Positions 33,401-37,403 are shown, numbered from the stretch's first letter. The stretch: 64,000 nt of DNA from Eledone cirrhosa (GCA_964016885.1 OZ024742.1:8928001-8992000), one strand, 5' to 3'. The notes: generated by a model not told the origin, from the sequence alone. Translations and numbers: made by a program.

Positions 33401-33427
33401 CCAACTCCAGCAGTTCTTGCATTCTAG
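3368..33427 (+). CDS. Hypothetical mucin-like (TAPTPAVHI)n open frame, 10,019 codons; coding status unproven
   Basis: For: no stop or frameshift over 30 kb, Pro/Thr/Ala-rich unit, commonest variant is synonymous (ATT/ATC), possible acceptor at 3412-3413 and AATAAA at 33699. Against: the start lies in a SINE, there is no signal peptide, and the codons are intrinsically stop-resistant. Confidence 0.25.
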   Translation: MMRCVLKQDNLFHVTAVHITAPTPAVHITAPTPAVHITAPTPAVHITAPTPVIHITAPTPAVHITAPTPAVHITAPTPAVHITAPTPAVHITAPTPAVHITAPTPAVHITAPTPAVHITALTPAVHITAPTPAVHITAPTPAVHITAPTPAVHFTAPTPAVHITAPTPAVHITAPTPAVHITAPTPAVHITAPTPAVHITVPTPAVHITAPTPAVHITAPTPASHITAPTPAVQIKAPTPAVHITVPTPAVHITALTPAVHITAPTPAVHITAATPAVHITAPTPAVHITAPTPAVHITAPTPTVHITAPTPAVHITAPTPAVHITAPTPTVHITATTPAVHITVPTPAVHIAAPTPAVHITAPTPAVHIIVPTPAVHITAPTPAVHITAPTPAVHITVPNPAVLITAPTPAVHITVPTPAVHITAPTPAVQITAPTPVVHITAPTPAVHITAPTPAVHITVPTPAVHITAPTPAVHITAPTPAVHITAPTPAVHITAPTPAVHITAPTPAVHITAPTPAVHITAPTPAVRVTAPTPAVHITAPTPAVHITAPTPAVHITAPTPAVHITAPTPAVHITAPTPAVHITAPTPAVHITAPTPAVHITAPAPAVHITAPTPAVHITAPTAAVHITAPTPAVHITAPTPAVHITAPTPAVHITAPTPAVHITAPTPAVHITAPTPAVHITAPTPAVHITAPAPAVHITAPTPAVHITAPTAAVHITAPTPAVHITAPTPAVHITAPTPAVHITAPTPAVHITAPTPAVHITAPTPAVHITALTPAVHITAPTPAVHITAATPAVHITAPTPAVHITAPTPAVHITAPTPTVHITAPTPAVHITAPIPAVHITAPTPTVHITAPTPAVHITVPTPAVHIAAPTPAVHITAPTPAVHIIVPTPAVHITAPTPAVHITAPTPAVHITVPTPAVLITAPTPAVHITVPTPAVHITAPTPAVHITAPTPVVHITAPTPAVHITAPTPAVHITVPTPAVHITAPTPAVHITAPTPAVHITAPTPAVHITAPTPAVHITAPTPAVHITAPTPAVHITAPTPAVRVTAPTPAVHITAPTPAVHITAPTPAVHITAPTPAVHITAPTPAVHITAPTPAVHITAPTPAVHITAPTPAVHITAPAPAVHITAPTPAVHITAPTAAVHITAPTPAVHITAPNPAVHITAPTPAVHITAPTPAVHITAPTPAVHITAPIPAVHITAPTPAVHITTPAPAVHITAPTPAVHITAPTAAVHITAPTPAVHISAPTPAIHITAPTPAVHITAPTPAVHITAPTPAVHITAPTPAVHITAPTPAVHITAPTPAVHITAPTPAVRVTAPTPAVHITAPTPAVHITAPTPAVHITAPTPAVHITAPTPAVHITAPTPAVHITAPTPAVHITAPTPAVHITAPAPAVHITAPTPAVHITAPTAAVHITAPTPAVHITAPTPAVHITAPTPAVHITAPTPAVHITAPTPAVHITAPTPAVHITAPAPAVHITAPTPAVHITAPTAAVHITAPTPAVHITAPTPAVHITAPTPAVHITAPTPAVHITAPTPAVHITAPTPAVHITAPTPAVHITAPTPAVHITAPTPAVHITTPTPAVHITAPAPAVHIRAPTLAVHITAPTAAVHITAPTPAVHITAPTPAVHITVPTPAVHITAPTPAVHITAPTPAVHITAQTRAVHITAPTPAVHITAPTPAVHIAAPTPAVHITAPTPAVHITVPTPAVHITAPTPAVHITAPTPAVHITVPNPEVHIAAPTPAVHITVPTPAVHITAPTPAIHITAPTPAVQITAPTPAVHITAPTPADHITVPTPAVHITAPTPAVHITAPTPAVHITAPTPAVHITVPTPAVHITAPTPAVHITAPTPAVHITTPTPAVHITAPAPAVHITAPTLAVHITAPTAAVHITAPTPAVHITAPTPAVHITVPTPAVHITAPTPAVHITAPTPAVHITAQTRAVHITAPTPAVHITAPTPAVHIAAPTPAVHITAPTPAVHITVPTPAVLITAPTPAVHITVPTPAVHITAPTPAVHITAPTPVVHITAPTPAVHITAPTPAVHITVPTPAVHITAPTPAVHITAPTPAVHITAPTPAVHITAPTPAVHITAPTPAVHITAPTPAVHITAPTPAVRVTAPTPAVHITAPTPAVNITAPTPAVHITAPTPAVHITAPTPAVHITAPTPAVHITAPTPAVHITAPTPAVHITAPAPAVHITAPTPAVHITAPTAAVHITAPTPAVHITAPTPAVHITAPTPAVHITAPTPAVHITAPTPAVHITAPTPAVHITAPTPAVHITTPAPAVHITAPTPAVHITAPTAAVHITAPTPAVHITAPTPAVHITAPTPAVHITAPTPAVHITAPTPAVHITAPTPAVHITAPTPAVHITAPTPAVHITAPTPAVRVTAPTPAVHITAPTPAVHITAPTPAVHITAPTPAVHITAPTPAVHITAPTPAVHITAPTPAVHITAPAPAVHITAPTPAVHITAPTAAVLITAPTPAVHITAPTPAVHITAPTPAVHITGPTPAVHITAPTPAVHITAPTPAVHITAPAPAVHITAPTPAVHITAPTAAVHIAAPTPAVHITAPTPAVHIIVPTPAVHITAPTPAVHITAPTPAVHITVPTPAVLITAPTPAVHITVPTPAVHITAPTPAVHITAPTPVVHITAPTPAVHITAPTPAVHITVPTPAVHITAPTPAVHITAPTPAVHITAPTPAVHITAPTPAVHITAPTPAVHITAPTPAVHITAPTPAVRVTAPTPAVHITAPTPAVHITAPTPAVHITAPTPAVHITAPTPAVHITAPTPAVHITAPTPAVHITAPTPAVHITAPAPAVHITAPTPAVHITAPTAAVHITAPTPAVHITAPNPAVHITAPTPAVHITAPTPAVHITAPTPAVHITAPIPAVHITAPTPAVHITTPAPAVHITAPTPAVHITAPTAAVHITAPTPAVHISAPTPAIHITAPTPAVHITAPTPAVHITAPTPAVHITAPTPAVHITAPTPAVHITAPTPAVHITAPTPAVRVTAPTPAVHITAPTPAVHITAPTPAVHITAPTPAVHITAPTPAVHITAPTPAVHITAPTPAVHITAPTPAVHITAPAPAVHITAPTPAVHITAPTAAVHITAPTPAVHITAPTPAVHITAPTPAVHITAPTPAVHITAPTPAVHITAPTPAVHITAPAPAVHITAPTPAVHITAPTAAVHITAPTPAVHITAPTPAVHITAPTPAVHITAPTPAVHITAPTPAVHITAPTPAVHITAPTPAVHITAPTPAVHITAPTPAVHITTPTPAVHITAPAPAVHIRAPTLAVHITAPTAAVHITAPTPAVHITAPTPAVHITVPTPAVHITAPTPAVHITAPTPAVHITAQTRAVHITAPTPAVHITAPTPAVHIAAPTPAVHITAPTPAVHITVPTPAVHITAPTPAVHITAPTPAVHITVPNPEVHIAAPTPAVHITVPTPAVHITAPTPAIHITAPTPAVQITAPTPAVHITAPTPADHITVPTPAVHITAPTPAVHITAPTPAVHITAPTPAVHITVPTPAVHITAPTPAVHITAPTPAVHITTPTPAVHITAPAPAVHITAPTLAVHITAPTAAVHITAPTPAVHITAPTPAVHITVPTPAVHITAPTPAVHITAPTPAVHITAQTRAVHITAPTPAVHITAPTPAVHIAAPTPAVHITAPTPAVHITVPTPAVLITAPTPAVHITVPTPAVHITAPTPAVHITAPTPVVHITAPTPAVHITAPTPAVHITVPTPAVHITAPTPAVHITAPTPAVHITAPTPAVHITAPTPAVHITAPTPAVHITAPTPAVHITAPTPAVRVTAPTPAVHITAPTPAVNITAPTPAVHITAPTPAVHITAPTPAVHITAPTPAVHITAPTPAVHITAPTPAVHITAPAPAVHITAPTPAVHITAPTAAVHITAPTPAVHITAPTPAVHITAPTPAVHITAPTPAVHITAPTPAVHITAPTPAVHITAPTPAVHITTPAPAVHITAPTPAVHITAPTAAVHITAPTPAVHITAPTPAVHITAPTPAVHITAPTPAVHITAPTPAVHITAPTPAVHITAPTPAVHITAPTPAVHITAPTPAVRVTAPTPAVHITAPTPAVHITAPTPAVHITAPTPAVHITAPTPAVHITAPTPAVHITAPTPAVHITAPAPAVHITAPTPAVHITAPTAAVLITAPTPAVHITAPTPAVHITAPTPAVHITGPTPAVHITAPTPAVHITAPTPAVHITAPAPAVHITAPTPAVHITAPTAAVHITAPTPAVHITAPTPAVHITAPTPAVHITAPTPAVHITAPTPAVHITAPTPAVHITAPTPAVHITAPTPAVHITAPTPAVHITTPTPAVHITAPAPAVHIRAPTLAVHITAPTAAVHITAPTPAVHITAPTPAVHITVPTPAVHITAPTPAVHITAPTPAVHITAQTRAVHITAPTPAVHITAPTPAVHIAAPTPAVHITAPTPAVHITVPTPAVHITAPTPAVHITAPTPAVHITVPNPEVHIAAPTPAVHITVPTPAVHITAPTPAIHITAPTPAVQITAPTPAVHITAPTPADHITVPTPAVHITAPTPAVHITAPTPAVHITAPTPAVHITVPTPAVHITAPTPAVHITAPTPAVHITTPTPAVHITAPAPTVHITAPTLAVHITAPTAAVHITAPTPAVHITAPTPAVHITVPTPAVHITAPTPAVHITAPTPAVHITAQTRAVHITAPTPAVHITAPTPAVHIAAPTPAVHITAPTPAVHITVPTPAVHITAPTPAVHITAPTPAVHITVPNPEVHIAAPTPAVHITVPTPAVHITAPTPAIHITAPTPAVQITAPTPAVHITAPTPADHITVPTPAVHIRAPTPAVHITAPTPAVHITAPTPAVHITVPTPAVHITAPTPAVHITAPAPAVHITAPTPAVHITAPTAAVHITAPTPAVHITAPTPAVHITAPTPAVHITAPTPAVHITAPTPAVHITAPTPAVHITAQTPAVHITAPTPAVHITAPTPAVHITAPTPAVHITAPTPAVHITAPTPAVHITAPTPAVHITAPTPAVHITAPTPAVHITAPTPAVHITAPTPAVHITAPAPAVHITAPTPAVHITAPTAAVHITAPTPAVHITAPTPAVHITAPTPAVHITAPTPAVHITAPTPAVHITAPTPAVHITAPTPAVHITAPAPAVHITAPTPTVHITAPTAAVHITAPTPAVHITAQTPAVHITAPTPAVHITAPNPAVQITAPTPAVHITAPTPADHITVPTPAVYITAPTPAVHIAAPAPAVHITAPTPAVHITAPTPAVHITTPTPAVHITVPTPAVHITAPTPAVHITSPTPAVRVTAPTPAVHITAPTPAVHITAPTPAVHITAPIPAVHITAPTPAVHITAPTPAVHITAPTPAVHITAPTPAVHITAPAPAVHITAPTPAVHITAPTPAVHITAPTPAVHITAPTPAVHITAPTPAVHITAPTPAVHITAQTPAVHITAPTPAVHITAPTPAVHITAPTPAVHITAPTPAVHITAPTPAVHITAPTPAVHITAPTPAVHITAPTPAVHITAPTPAVHITAPTPAVHITAPAPAVHITAPTPAVHITAPTAAVHITAPTPAVHITAPTPAVHITAPTPAVHITAPTPAVHITAPTPAVHITAPTPAVHITAPTPAVHITAPAPAVHITAPTPTVHITAPTAAVHITAPTPAVHITAPTPAVHITAPTPAVHITAPNPAVQITAPTPAVHITAPTPADHITVPTPAVYITAPTPAVHIAAPAPAVHITAPTPAVHITAPTPAVHITTPTPAVHITVPTPAVHITAPTPAVHITSPTPAVRVTAPTPAVHITAPTPAVHITAPTPAVHITAPIPAVHITAPTPAVHITAPTPAVHITAPTPAVHITAPTPAVHITAPAPAVHITAPTPAVHITAPTAAVHITAPTPAVHITAPTPAVHITAPTPAVHITAPTPAVHITAPTPAVHITAPTPAVHITAPTPAVHITAPAPAVHITAPAPAVHITAPTAAVHITAPTPAVHITAPTPAVHITAPTPAVHITAPTPAVHITAPTPAVHITAPTPAVHITAPTPAVHITAPTPAVHITAPTAAVHITAPTPAVHITAPTPAVHITAPTPAVHITAPTPAVHITAPTPAVHITAPTPAVHITAPAPAVHITAPTPAVHITAPTAAVHITAPTPAVHITAPTPAVHITAPTPAVHITAPTPAVHITAPTPAVHITAPTPAVHITAPTPAVHITAPTPAVHITAPTPAVHITTPTPAVHITAPAPAVHITAPTPAVHITAPTAAVHITAPTPAVHITAPTPVVHITVPTPAVHITAPTPAVHITAPTPAVHITAQTRAVHITAPTPAVHITAPTPAVHIAAPTPAVHITAPTPAVHITVPTPAVHITAPTPAVHITVPNPAVHIAAPTPAVHITVPTPAVHITAPTPAIHITAPTPAVQITAPTPAVHITAPTPADHITVPTPAVHITAPTPAVHIAAPAPAVHITAPTPAVHITAPTPAVHITAPTPAVHITVPTPAVHITAPTPAVHITAPAPAVHITAPTPAVHITAPTAAVHITVPTPAVHITAPAPAVHITAPTPAVHITAPTAAVHITAPTPAVHITAPTPAVHITAPTPAVHITAPIPAVHITAPTPAVHITAPTPAVHITAPTPAVHITAPTPAVHITAPAPAVHITAPTPAVHITAPTAAVHITAPTPAVHITAPTPAVHITAPTPAVHITAPTPAVHITAPTPAVHITAPTPAVHITAPTPAVHITAPAPAVHITAPTPAVHITAPTAAVHITAPTPAVHITAPTPAVHITAPTPAVHITAPTPAVHITAPTPAVHITAPTPAVHITAPTPAVHITAPTAAVHITAPTPAVHITAPTSAVHITAPTPAVHITAPTPAVHITAPTPAVHITAPTPAVHITAPTPAVHITAPAPAVHITAPTPAVHITAPTAAVHITAPTPAVHITAPTPAVHITAPTPAVHITAPTPAVHITAPTPAVHITAPTPAVHITTPTPAVHITAPAPAVHITTPTPAVHITAPAPAVHITAPTPAVHITAPTAAVHITAPTPAVHITAPTPVVHITVPTPAVHITAPTPAVHITAPTPAVHITAQTRAVHITAPTPAVHITAPTPAVHIAAPTPAVHITAPTPAVHITAPTPAVHITAPTPAVHITAPTSPVHITAPTPAVHITVPTPAVHIAAPTPAVHITAPTPAVHITVPTPAVHITAPTPAVHITATTPAVHITAPTPAVHITAATPAVHITAPTPAVHITAPTPAVHITAPTPAVHITAPTPAVRVTAPTPAVHITAPTPAVHITARTPAVHITAPTPAVHITAPTPAVHITAPTPAVHITAPTPAVHITAPTPAVHITAPAPAVHITAPTPAVHITARTAAVHITAPTPAVHITAPTPAVHITAPTPAVHITAPTPAVHITAPTPAVHITAPTPAVHITAPTPAVHITAPAPAVHITAPTPAVHITAPTAAVHITAPTPAVHITAPTPVVHITVPTPAVHITAPTPAVHITAPTPAVHITAQTRAVHITAPTPAVHITAPTPAVHIAAPTPAVHITAPTPAVHITAPTPAVHITAPTPAVHITAPTSPVHITAPTPAVHITVPTPAVHIAAPTPAVHITAPTPAVHITVPTPAVHITAPTPAVHITATTPAVHITAPTPAVHITAPTPAVHITAPTPAVHITAPTPAVHITAPTPAVHITAPTPAVRVTAPTPAVHITAPTPAVHITARTPAVHITAPTPAVHITAPTPAVHITAPTPAVHITAPTPAVHITAPTPAVHITAPAPAVHITAPTPAVHITARTAAVHITAPTPAVHITAPTPAVHITAPTAAVHITAPTPAVHITAPTPAVHITAPTPAVHITAPTPAVHITAPTPAVHITAPTPAVHITAPTPAVHITAPTPAVHITAPTAAVHITAPTPAVHITAPTPAVHITAPTPAVHITAPTPAVHITAPTPAVHITVPTPAVHIAAPTPAVHITAPTPAVHITVPTPAVHITAPTPAVHITATTPAVHITAPTPAVHITAPTPAVHITAPTPAVHITAQTRAVHITAPTPAVHITAPTPAVHIAAPTPAVHITAPTPAVHITAPTPAVHITAPTPAVHITVPNPAVHIAAPTPAVHITVPTPAVHITAPTPAIHITAPTPAVQITAPTPAVHITAPTPADHITVPTPAVHITAPTPAVHIAAPAPAVHITAPTPAVHITAPTPAVHITAPTPAVHITVPTPAVHITAPTPAVHITAPAPAVHITAPTLAVHITAPTAAVHITAPTPAVHITAPTPAVHITAPTPAVHITAPTPAVHITAPTPAVHITAPTPAVHITAPTPAVHIAAPTPAVHITAPTTAVHITVPTPAVHITAPTPAVHITVPTPAVHITAPTPAVHITAPSPAVHITAPTPAVHITAPTPAVHITAPTPAVHITAPTPAVHITAPTPAVHITAPTPAVHITALTPAVHITAPTPTVHITAPTRAVHITAPTPAVHITAPTPAVHITAPTPAVHITAPTPAVHITAPTPAVHITAPTPAVHVTALTPAVHITVPTPAVHITAPTPAVHITAPTPAVHITAPTLAVHITAPTPAVHITVPTPAVHITALTPAVHITAPTPAVHITAPTPAVHITAPTPAVHITAPTPAVHITAPTPAVHITAPTPAVHITAPTPAVHITAPTSTVHITAPTPAVHITVPTPAVHIAAPTPAVHITAPTPAVHITVPTPAVHITAPTPAVHITAPTPAVHITVPTPAVHITAPTPAVHITAPTPAVHITVPTPAVHSTVPTPAVHVTAPNPAVHITAPAPAVHIAAPTPAVHITTPTPAVHITAPTPAVHITAPTPAVHITPPTPAVHITAPTPAVHITAPTPAVHITAPTPAVQITAPTPAVHITAPTPAVHITAPHPAVHITAPTPAVHITAPTPAVHITAPTPAVQITAPTPAVHITAPTPAVHITAPHPAVHITAPTPAVHITAPTPAVHITAPTPAVHITAPTPAVHITAPTPAVHITVPTPAVHIAAPTPAVHITAPTSAVHITAPTPAVHITSPTPAVHITAPTPAVHITVPTPAVHIAAPTPAVHITTPTPAVHITAPAPAVHITAPTPAVHITVPTAAVHITAPTPAVHITAPTPAVHITVPNPAVHITAPTPAVHITAPTPAVHITAQTRAVHITAPTPAVHITAPTPAVHIAAPTPAVHITAPTPAVHITVPTPAVHITAPTPAVHITAPTPAVHITVPNPAVHITAPTPAVHIAAPAPAVHITAPTPAVHITAPIPAVHITAPTPAVHITAPTPAVHITAPTPAVHITAPTPAVHITAPTPAVHITAPTPAVHITAPIPAVHITAPTPAVHITAPTTAVHITVPTPAVHITAPTPAVHITVPTPAVHITAPTPAVHITAPSPAVHITAPTPAVHITAPTPAVHITAPTPAVHITAPTPAVHITAPTPAVHITAPTPAVHITALTPAVHITAPTPAVHITAPTRAVHITAPTPAVHITAPTPAVHITSPTPAVHITAPTPAVHITAPTPAVHITAPTPAVHVTAPTPAVHITVPTPAVHITAPTPAVHITAPTPAVHITAPTLAVPITAPTPAVHITVPTPAVHITALTPAVHITAPTPAVHITAPTPAVHITSPTPAVHITAPTPAVHITAPTPAVHTTAPTSTVHITAPTPAVHITVPTPAVHSTVPTPAVHVTAPTPAVHITAPTPAVHITAPAPAVHITAPTPAVHITPPTPAVHITAPTPAVHITAPTPAVHITAPTPAVQITAPTPAVHITAPTPAVHITAPHPAVHITAPTPAVHITAPTPAVHITAPTPAVQITAPTPAVHITAPTPAVHITAPHPAVHITAPTPAVHITTPTPAVHITAPTPAVHITAPTPAVHITAPTPAVHITVPTPAVHIAAPTPAVHITAPTSAVHITAPTPAVHITSPTPAVHITAPTPAVHITVPTPAVHIAAPTPAVHITAPTPAVHITAPTPAVHITAPTPAVHITVPTPAVHIAAPTPAVHITAPTPAVHITAPTPAVHITAPTPAVHITAPTPAVLAF
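3410..33416 (+). repeat. 27-bp tandem array, ~1110 units, consensus ACAGCACCAACTCCAGCAGTTCACAT(T/C)
   Basis: Unit read directly. Continuous 27-nt register for ~30 kb. Higher-order duplications at 837, 1269, 1458, 1566, 2997 and 5076 bp, all multiples of 27. Confidence 0.99.
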
Positions 33428-33726
33428 TTTTGCCAGTTGATTGTCATAAATCATTTTATTGCCCGAATTACTTGATAGAGAGAGAACCTGATATTCCTTA
33501 ACTCTGACAGAGTGGCTTGGTTGGACATCAGCTGGGTTTGAGTGGATTTAGGAGAGTCCCACATTCGGAACATGTATCCGTCCTGCGGATAACTTAGTCT
33601 CGAAGAAATACTACTTGTTACTATAGCAACACATCAGGTTTGGTTTGTCCTCCAGCCCTACCTCCATCAGTGTCGGAGGTTCTAAAAATGTAAAAAGTAA
33701 TAAACACTATCATTCCTTTTCCAACT

Positions 33727-34030
<304 letters not shown>

Positions 34031-34753
34031 AGTGAGGAGAGCGAGTGAAAGAAGAATGAAAGAGTATAAAAGTGAAAATGTGAGAGAAGAGAGAGACGAG
34101 GCAGAGAGAATTAAAAAGCAGAACGACATCAGAGAAGATGTATGACTGGCTAAGCTACCGTGACTGATGTTTAATGAGCCATGTAGATTAAATGTTCAGG
34201 TGTTGTTGTTTTGTAATTTATTTATTTTTAATTTTACGGTTCATAAGAGACGATATATCAAAAAGTACAAACTAAATATCAGAGACATGATACACCATAT
34301 CCCTTTATATAGTGGCTTGATGGTGGAACACACTACCCTAACCCCTGATCATAAACGATGCATGGCTGATTACTTTGCCGTAACACAAGTCTAATGAGAC
34401 GTGGCCATTAACTGTCCAGTGGTTTTTTAATTATATTTTACGGATCGTCACATATAAACACGTAATGAATTGCGTACGACGTAAAAATTCTCAGTGAATT
34501 GAAATTTGTCTCGCTTTGACGACAATCCAAGTAGCAATTCTTACTGACACTCAACAAAAGTGTAGATAATTACTTGAAATCGTTACATACAAGAAATTGT
34601 TTGGTCTATTTTTAGTTTTTGTTTTCTTTTGTTGAAAAGGACTCAACACCTGATGAAGTCGTAAGTGGGTCGTAGTGACATAGACCGTATACCTGGTGCA
34701 GACAATCCATTCTCCGGGTTTGAACATAACTGATTTCTTCAAGAGAAGGGGAA

Positions 34754-34792
<39 letters not shown>

Positions 34793-34812
34793 AGAGAGAG
34801 AGAGTGAGAGAG

Positions 34813-35300
34813 AAATGTATTTATTAGCCACAAGGGCACAGAAGAAGGGGACAAACACAAATGGGGCGTTTACATATAGGTATATGAAAATAAAACTATT
34901 AATAAAATAACAAATAACAATTGATATCCCCAGTAGGGGGGAGGCCTTACACAGGGGTTGTAAACACCCCGAAAAAATGTACAACCCTCATCTCCAGGAG
35001 CACCTAGAGTGAGTACTCCCTTCCTCTCTTCCTCTTTTTCCTCAACCTACAAGCTTATATAGAGAGAAGGCCAAACCTTTTATAAAATTTGCTGGGGTAC
35101 AGCACCTCTCTCTCCATCCTGATTCTCCTTCCAAAATGATATTTGAAAAAACGAATCAGTTGCTCGCCGGAGAGAAAGGTGTCTGACCTCAGCCCTTTTA
35201 ACCTCGTCCACCATATAACCTCTTTCACCATAGCCATAACACATAGGAAAACCGCCTCTCCTTCGTTTTTGTAGGAGGGTGGTGGTTTGATCATGACAAT
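34813..35300 (-). mobile_element. L1/Tx1-like LINE 3' fragment (ORF2 C-terminus + 3' UTR)
   Basis: Minus ORF 35055-35294 (AVFLCVMAMVKEVIWWTRLKG...LIRFFKYHFGRRIRMEREVLYPSKFYKRF) resembles the C-terminal region of Tx1-clade ORF2 (recognised from memory). Downstream UTR ends AATAAA (34820-34825, minus strand), then (TC)n. Confidence 0.55.
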
Positions 35301-35304
35301 GGAG

Positions 35305-35306
35305 AT

Positions 35307-35343
<37 letters not shown>

Positions 35344-35345
35344 GA
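35305..35345. repeat. (GATA)n microsatellite
   Basis: Read directly. Confidence 0.95.
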
Positions 35346-35364
35346 GCGAGGGGGAGGGGAGAGA

Positions 35365-35520
35365 GAAATCGACCCTAGTCCTGAATTGGTACGTTTTTAT
35401 TGATCTCGAAAAGATGAAAAGCAAAGTTGATCTCGGCGGGATTTGAAATCAGAGATCGAAGAGAACTGTAATACCACAAGACAATCTGAAGTTCTAAAGA
35501 CTCTCTGATTCACCGCCTTT
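35365..35520 (-). mobile_element. tRNA-derived SINE (family D)
   Basis: Minus strand reads GGCGGTGAATC...GATTTCAAATCCCGCCGAGATCAACTTTGCTTTTCATCTTTTCGAGATCAATAAAAACGTACCA. It has a box B-like motif and the same body as 39511-39680. Confidence 0.8.
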
Positions 35521-36008
35521 CTTCAGAATTGTCTCACACAAAATTTGATTTCAATGTTTAGGAAGGAAGTTTTGAAATGTGTTTACAAATAAAATGACAG
35601 TTATATGCATGTTTCATTCCTATTAATCCTAATTAACGAAATAGCTACCAACTAGTAATGAGTATCTATACTCCATGTTTAAACGATCCACTATCGCATT
35701 CAAAATGTTCAGTCTATGAGCTTTCCAGTGGATATTCTTATAGTACCAAGTCACACACAATTGCGAGTGACAGGTGTATTTTTTTTAGAATGCTATTATA
35801 TTATATATACATTATATTATATATACATATGTAAATTCTGCACATTTCATAACAATGATCGTGTTCAATTAATGGCGGAGCAGTCCCAGCTTCCACCTTA
35901 ATGTACTGAATGAAATAGCATGTACTGAAACTTAAAGGCAGCAATTATATTTTCTTGTACATCAGTAGACACATAATTGTTTCCCTCTCCTGTTATTTAT
36001 CTCTCCCT

Positions 36009-36056
<48 letters not shown>

Positions 36057-36098
36057 AGAGCTTCTACAGGACTATATATATATATACATATATATGTA

Positions 36099-36173
<75 letters not shown>

Positions 36174-36280
36174 TAGTGTACATTAAATACATCTGTAGTT
36201 ACCTTCATTGGTGTATAAGAATAATTAAAAGAAAAAAAAACATTCATTCACAAATCATACATACATATATGCATACATAC

Positions 36281-36768
36281 ATTAGCGAAAAGGAGAATAT
36301 TTATGCACAACTGATGAGAAATCTGCAGATCCTCCACCCTGATTACACCTTCAGAATTATGCCTGTGATTATTGGGACCGTGGGGTATGTTAGTAACTGC
36401 CTCAATACAAATCTTGAGAAGCTAGGCTTCACAGGAACAGAAAGAACACAACTAGTTAGGAAATTACAAGTATAATCGGTTAATGGAACAGTAAAAATAT
36501 GCAAAACATTCCAAAAATTTGGCATCTAATAGTTGCATATACACATGTACAGATAAAAGCATATACACATGCCCACATACAACTCAAAACATCCACATCC
36601 ACACATATAATAACATACATACCTGCACAAACATGCAAACATGCAGATATACATACATAATCTACCTAGTTGATGTTGTGTAAATTCCAATGAGAGAGTA
36701 TTGCGTCTGTTAGAAACCGACTCTCTCTATTTGCAAACAAAATTATGAAGTTATAAAAACCAAAAGAA
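36281..36768 (+). mobile_element. R4/Dong-like (RLE-clade) non-LTR retrotransposon 3' fragment, pseudogenised
   Basis: EKENIYAQLMRNLQILHPDYTFRIMPVIIGTVGYVSNCLNTNLEKLGF...KLQV*SVNGTVKICKTFQKFGI* matches the EK..KY..L / PV.IG..G.V tail after the restriction-like endonuclease. One in-frame stop at 36473. Flanked by (CATA)n on both sides. Confidence 0.75.
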
Positions 36769-37142
36769 CATACATACATGTATACATATATGCACACATA
36801 TATACATACATATATACAAACATACATATGTGCATGCATACATACATACATATAAACATACATATATACATACATACATACATACATATATACATATATG
36901 CATACATATATATATATGTACATAAATAAATACGTTTAGCGTATATACCCCTACTGTGGTGATAGAGTGAGAACCTAATTGCATGAGGTAGGGGGCAATA
37001 TGGCGATAGTTGTACAGGAATTGTAAAACAAGAACTATTTCCAAAGTTGTTTTTGAAATAACAAAATCCCTAGTGGTAGCTCGATGGCTGGGTGCAGATT
37101 GTAATATCCGCTACTTCATTCAATACACCATTTTCACCTCCC

Positions 37143-37146
<4 letters not shown>

Positions 37147-37200
<54 letters not shown>

Positions 37201-37226
37201 CACACACATACACACCACAGACAGAC

Positions 37227-37287
<61 letters not shown>

Positions 37288-37354
37288 TACACACCACAGA
37301 CACACAGGTATATATATATATATAAATACACACACATACACACCACAGACAGAC

Positions 37355-37403
<49 letters not shown>

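Noticed and set aside
3398-33454. Minus-strand (NVNCWSWCC)n Cys/Trp-rich ORFs and plus-strand (QHQLQQFTL)n ORFs
   Set aside because: These are alternative frames of the 27-bp repeat, repeatedly broken by stops, with no unique domains.
33430-33700. Strong-looking minus-strand splice acceptor (TACTTTTTACATTTTTAG at ~33682-33699) leading toward the array
   Set aside because: All three frames downstream hit stops within ~70 nt, so it is not a coding exon. A non-coding use cannot be judged from sequence.
34645-34700. CTGATGA box as a possible hammerhead
   Set aside because: No GAAA and no convincing stems I or III.
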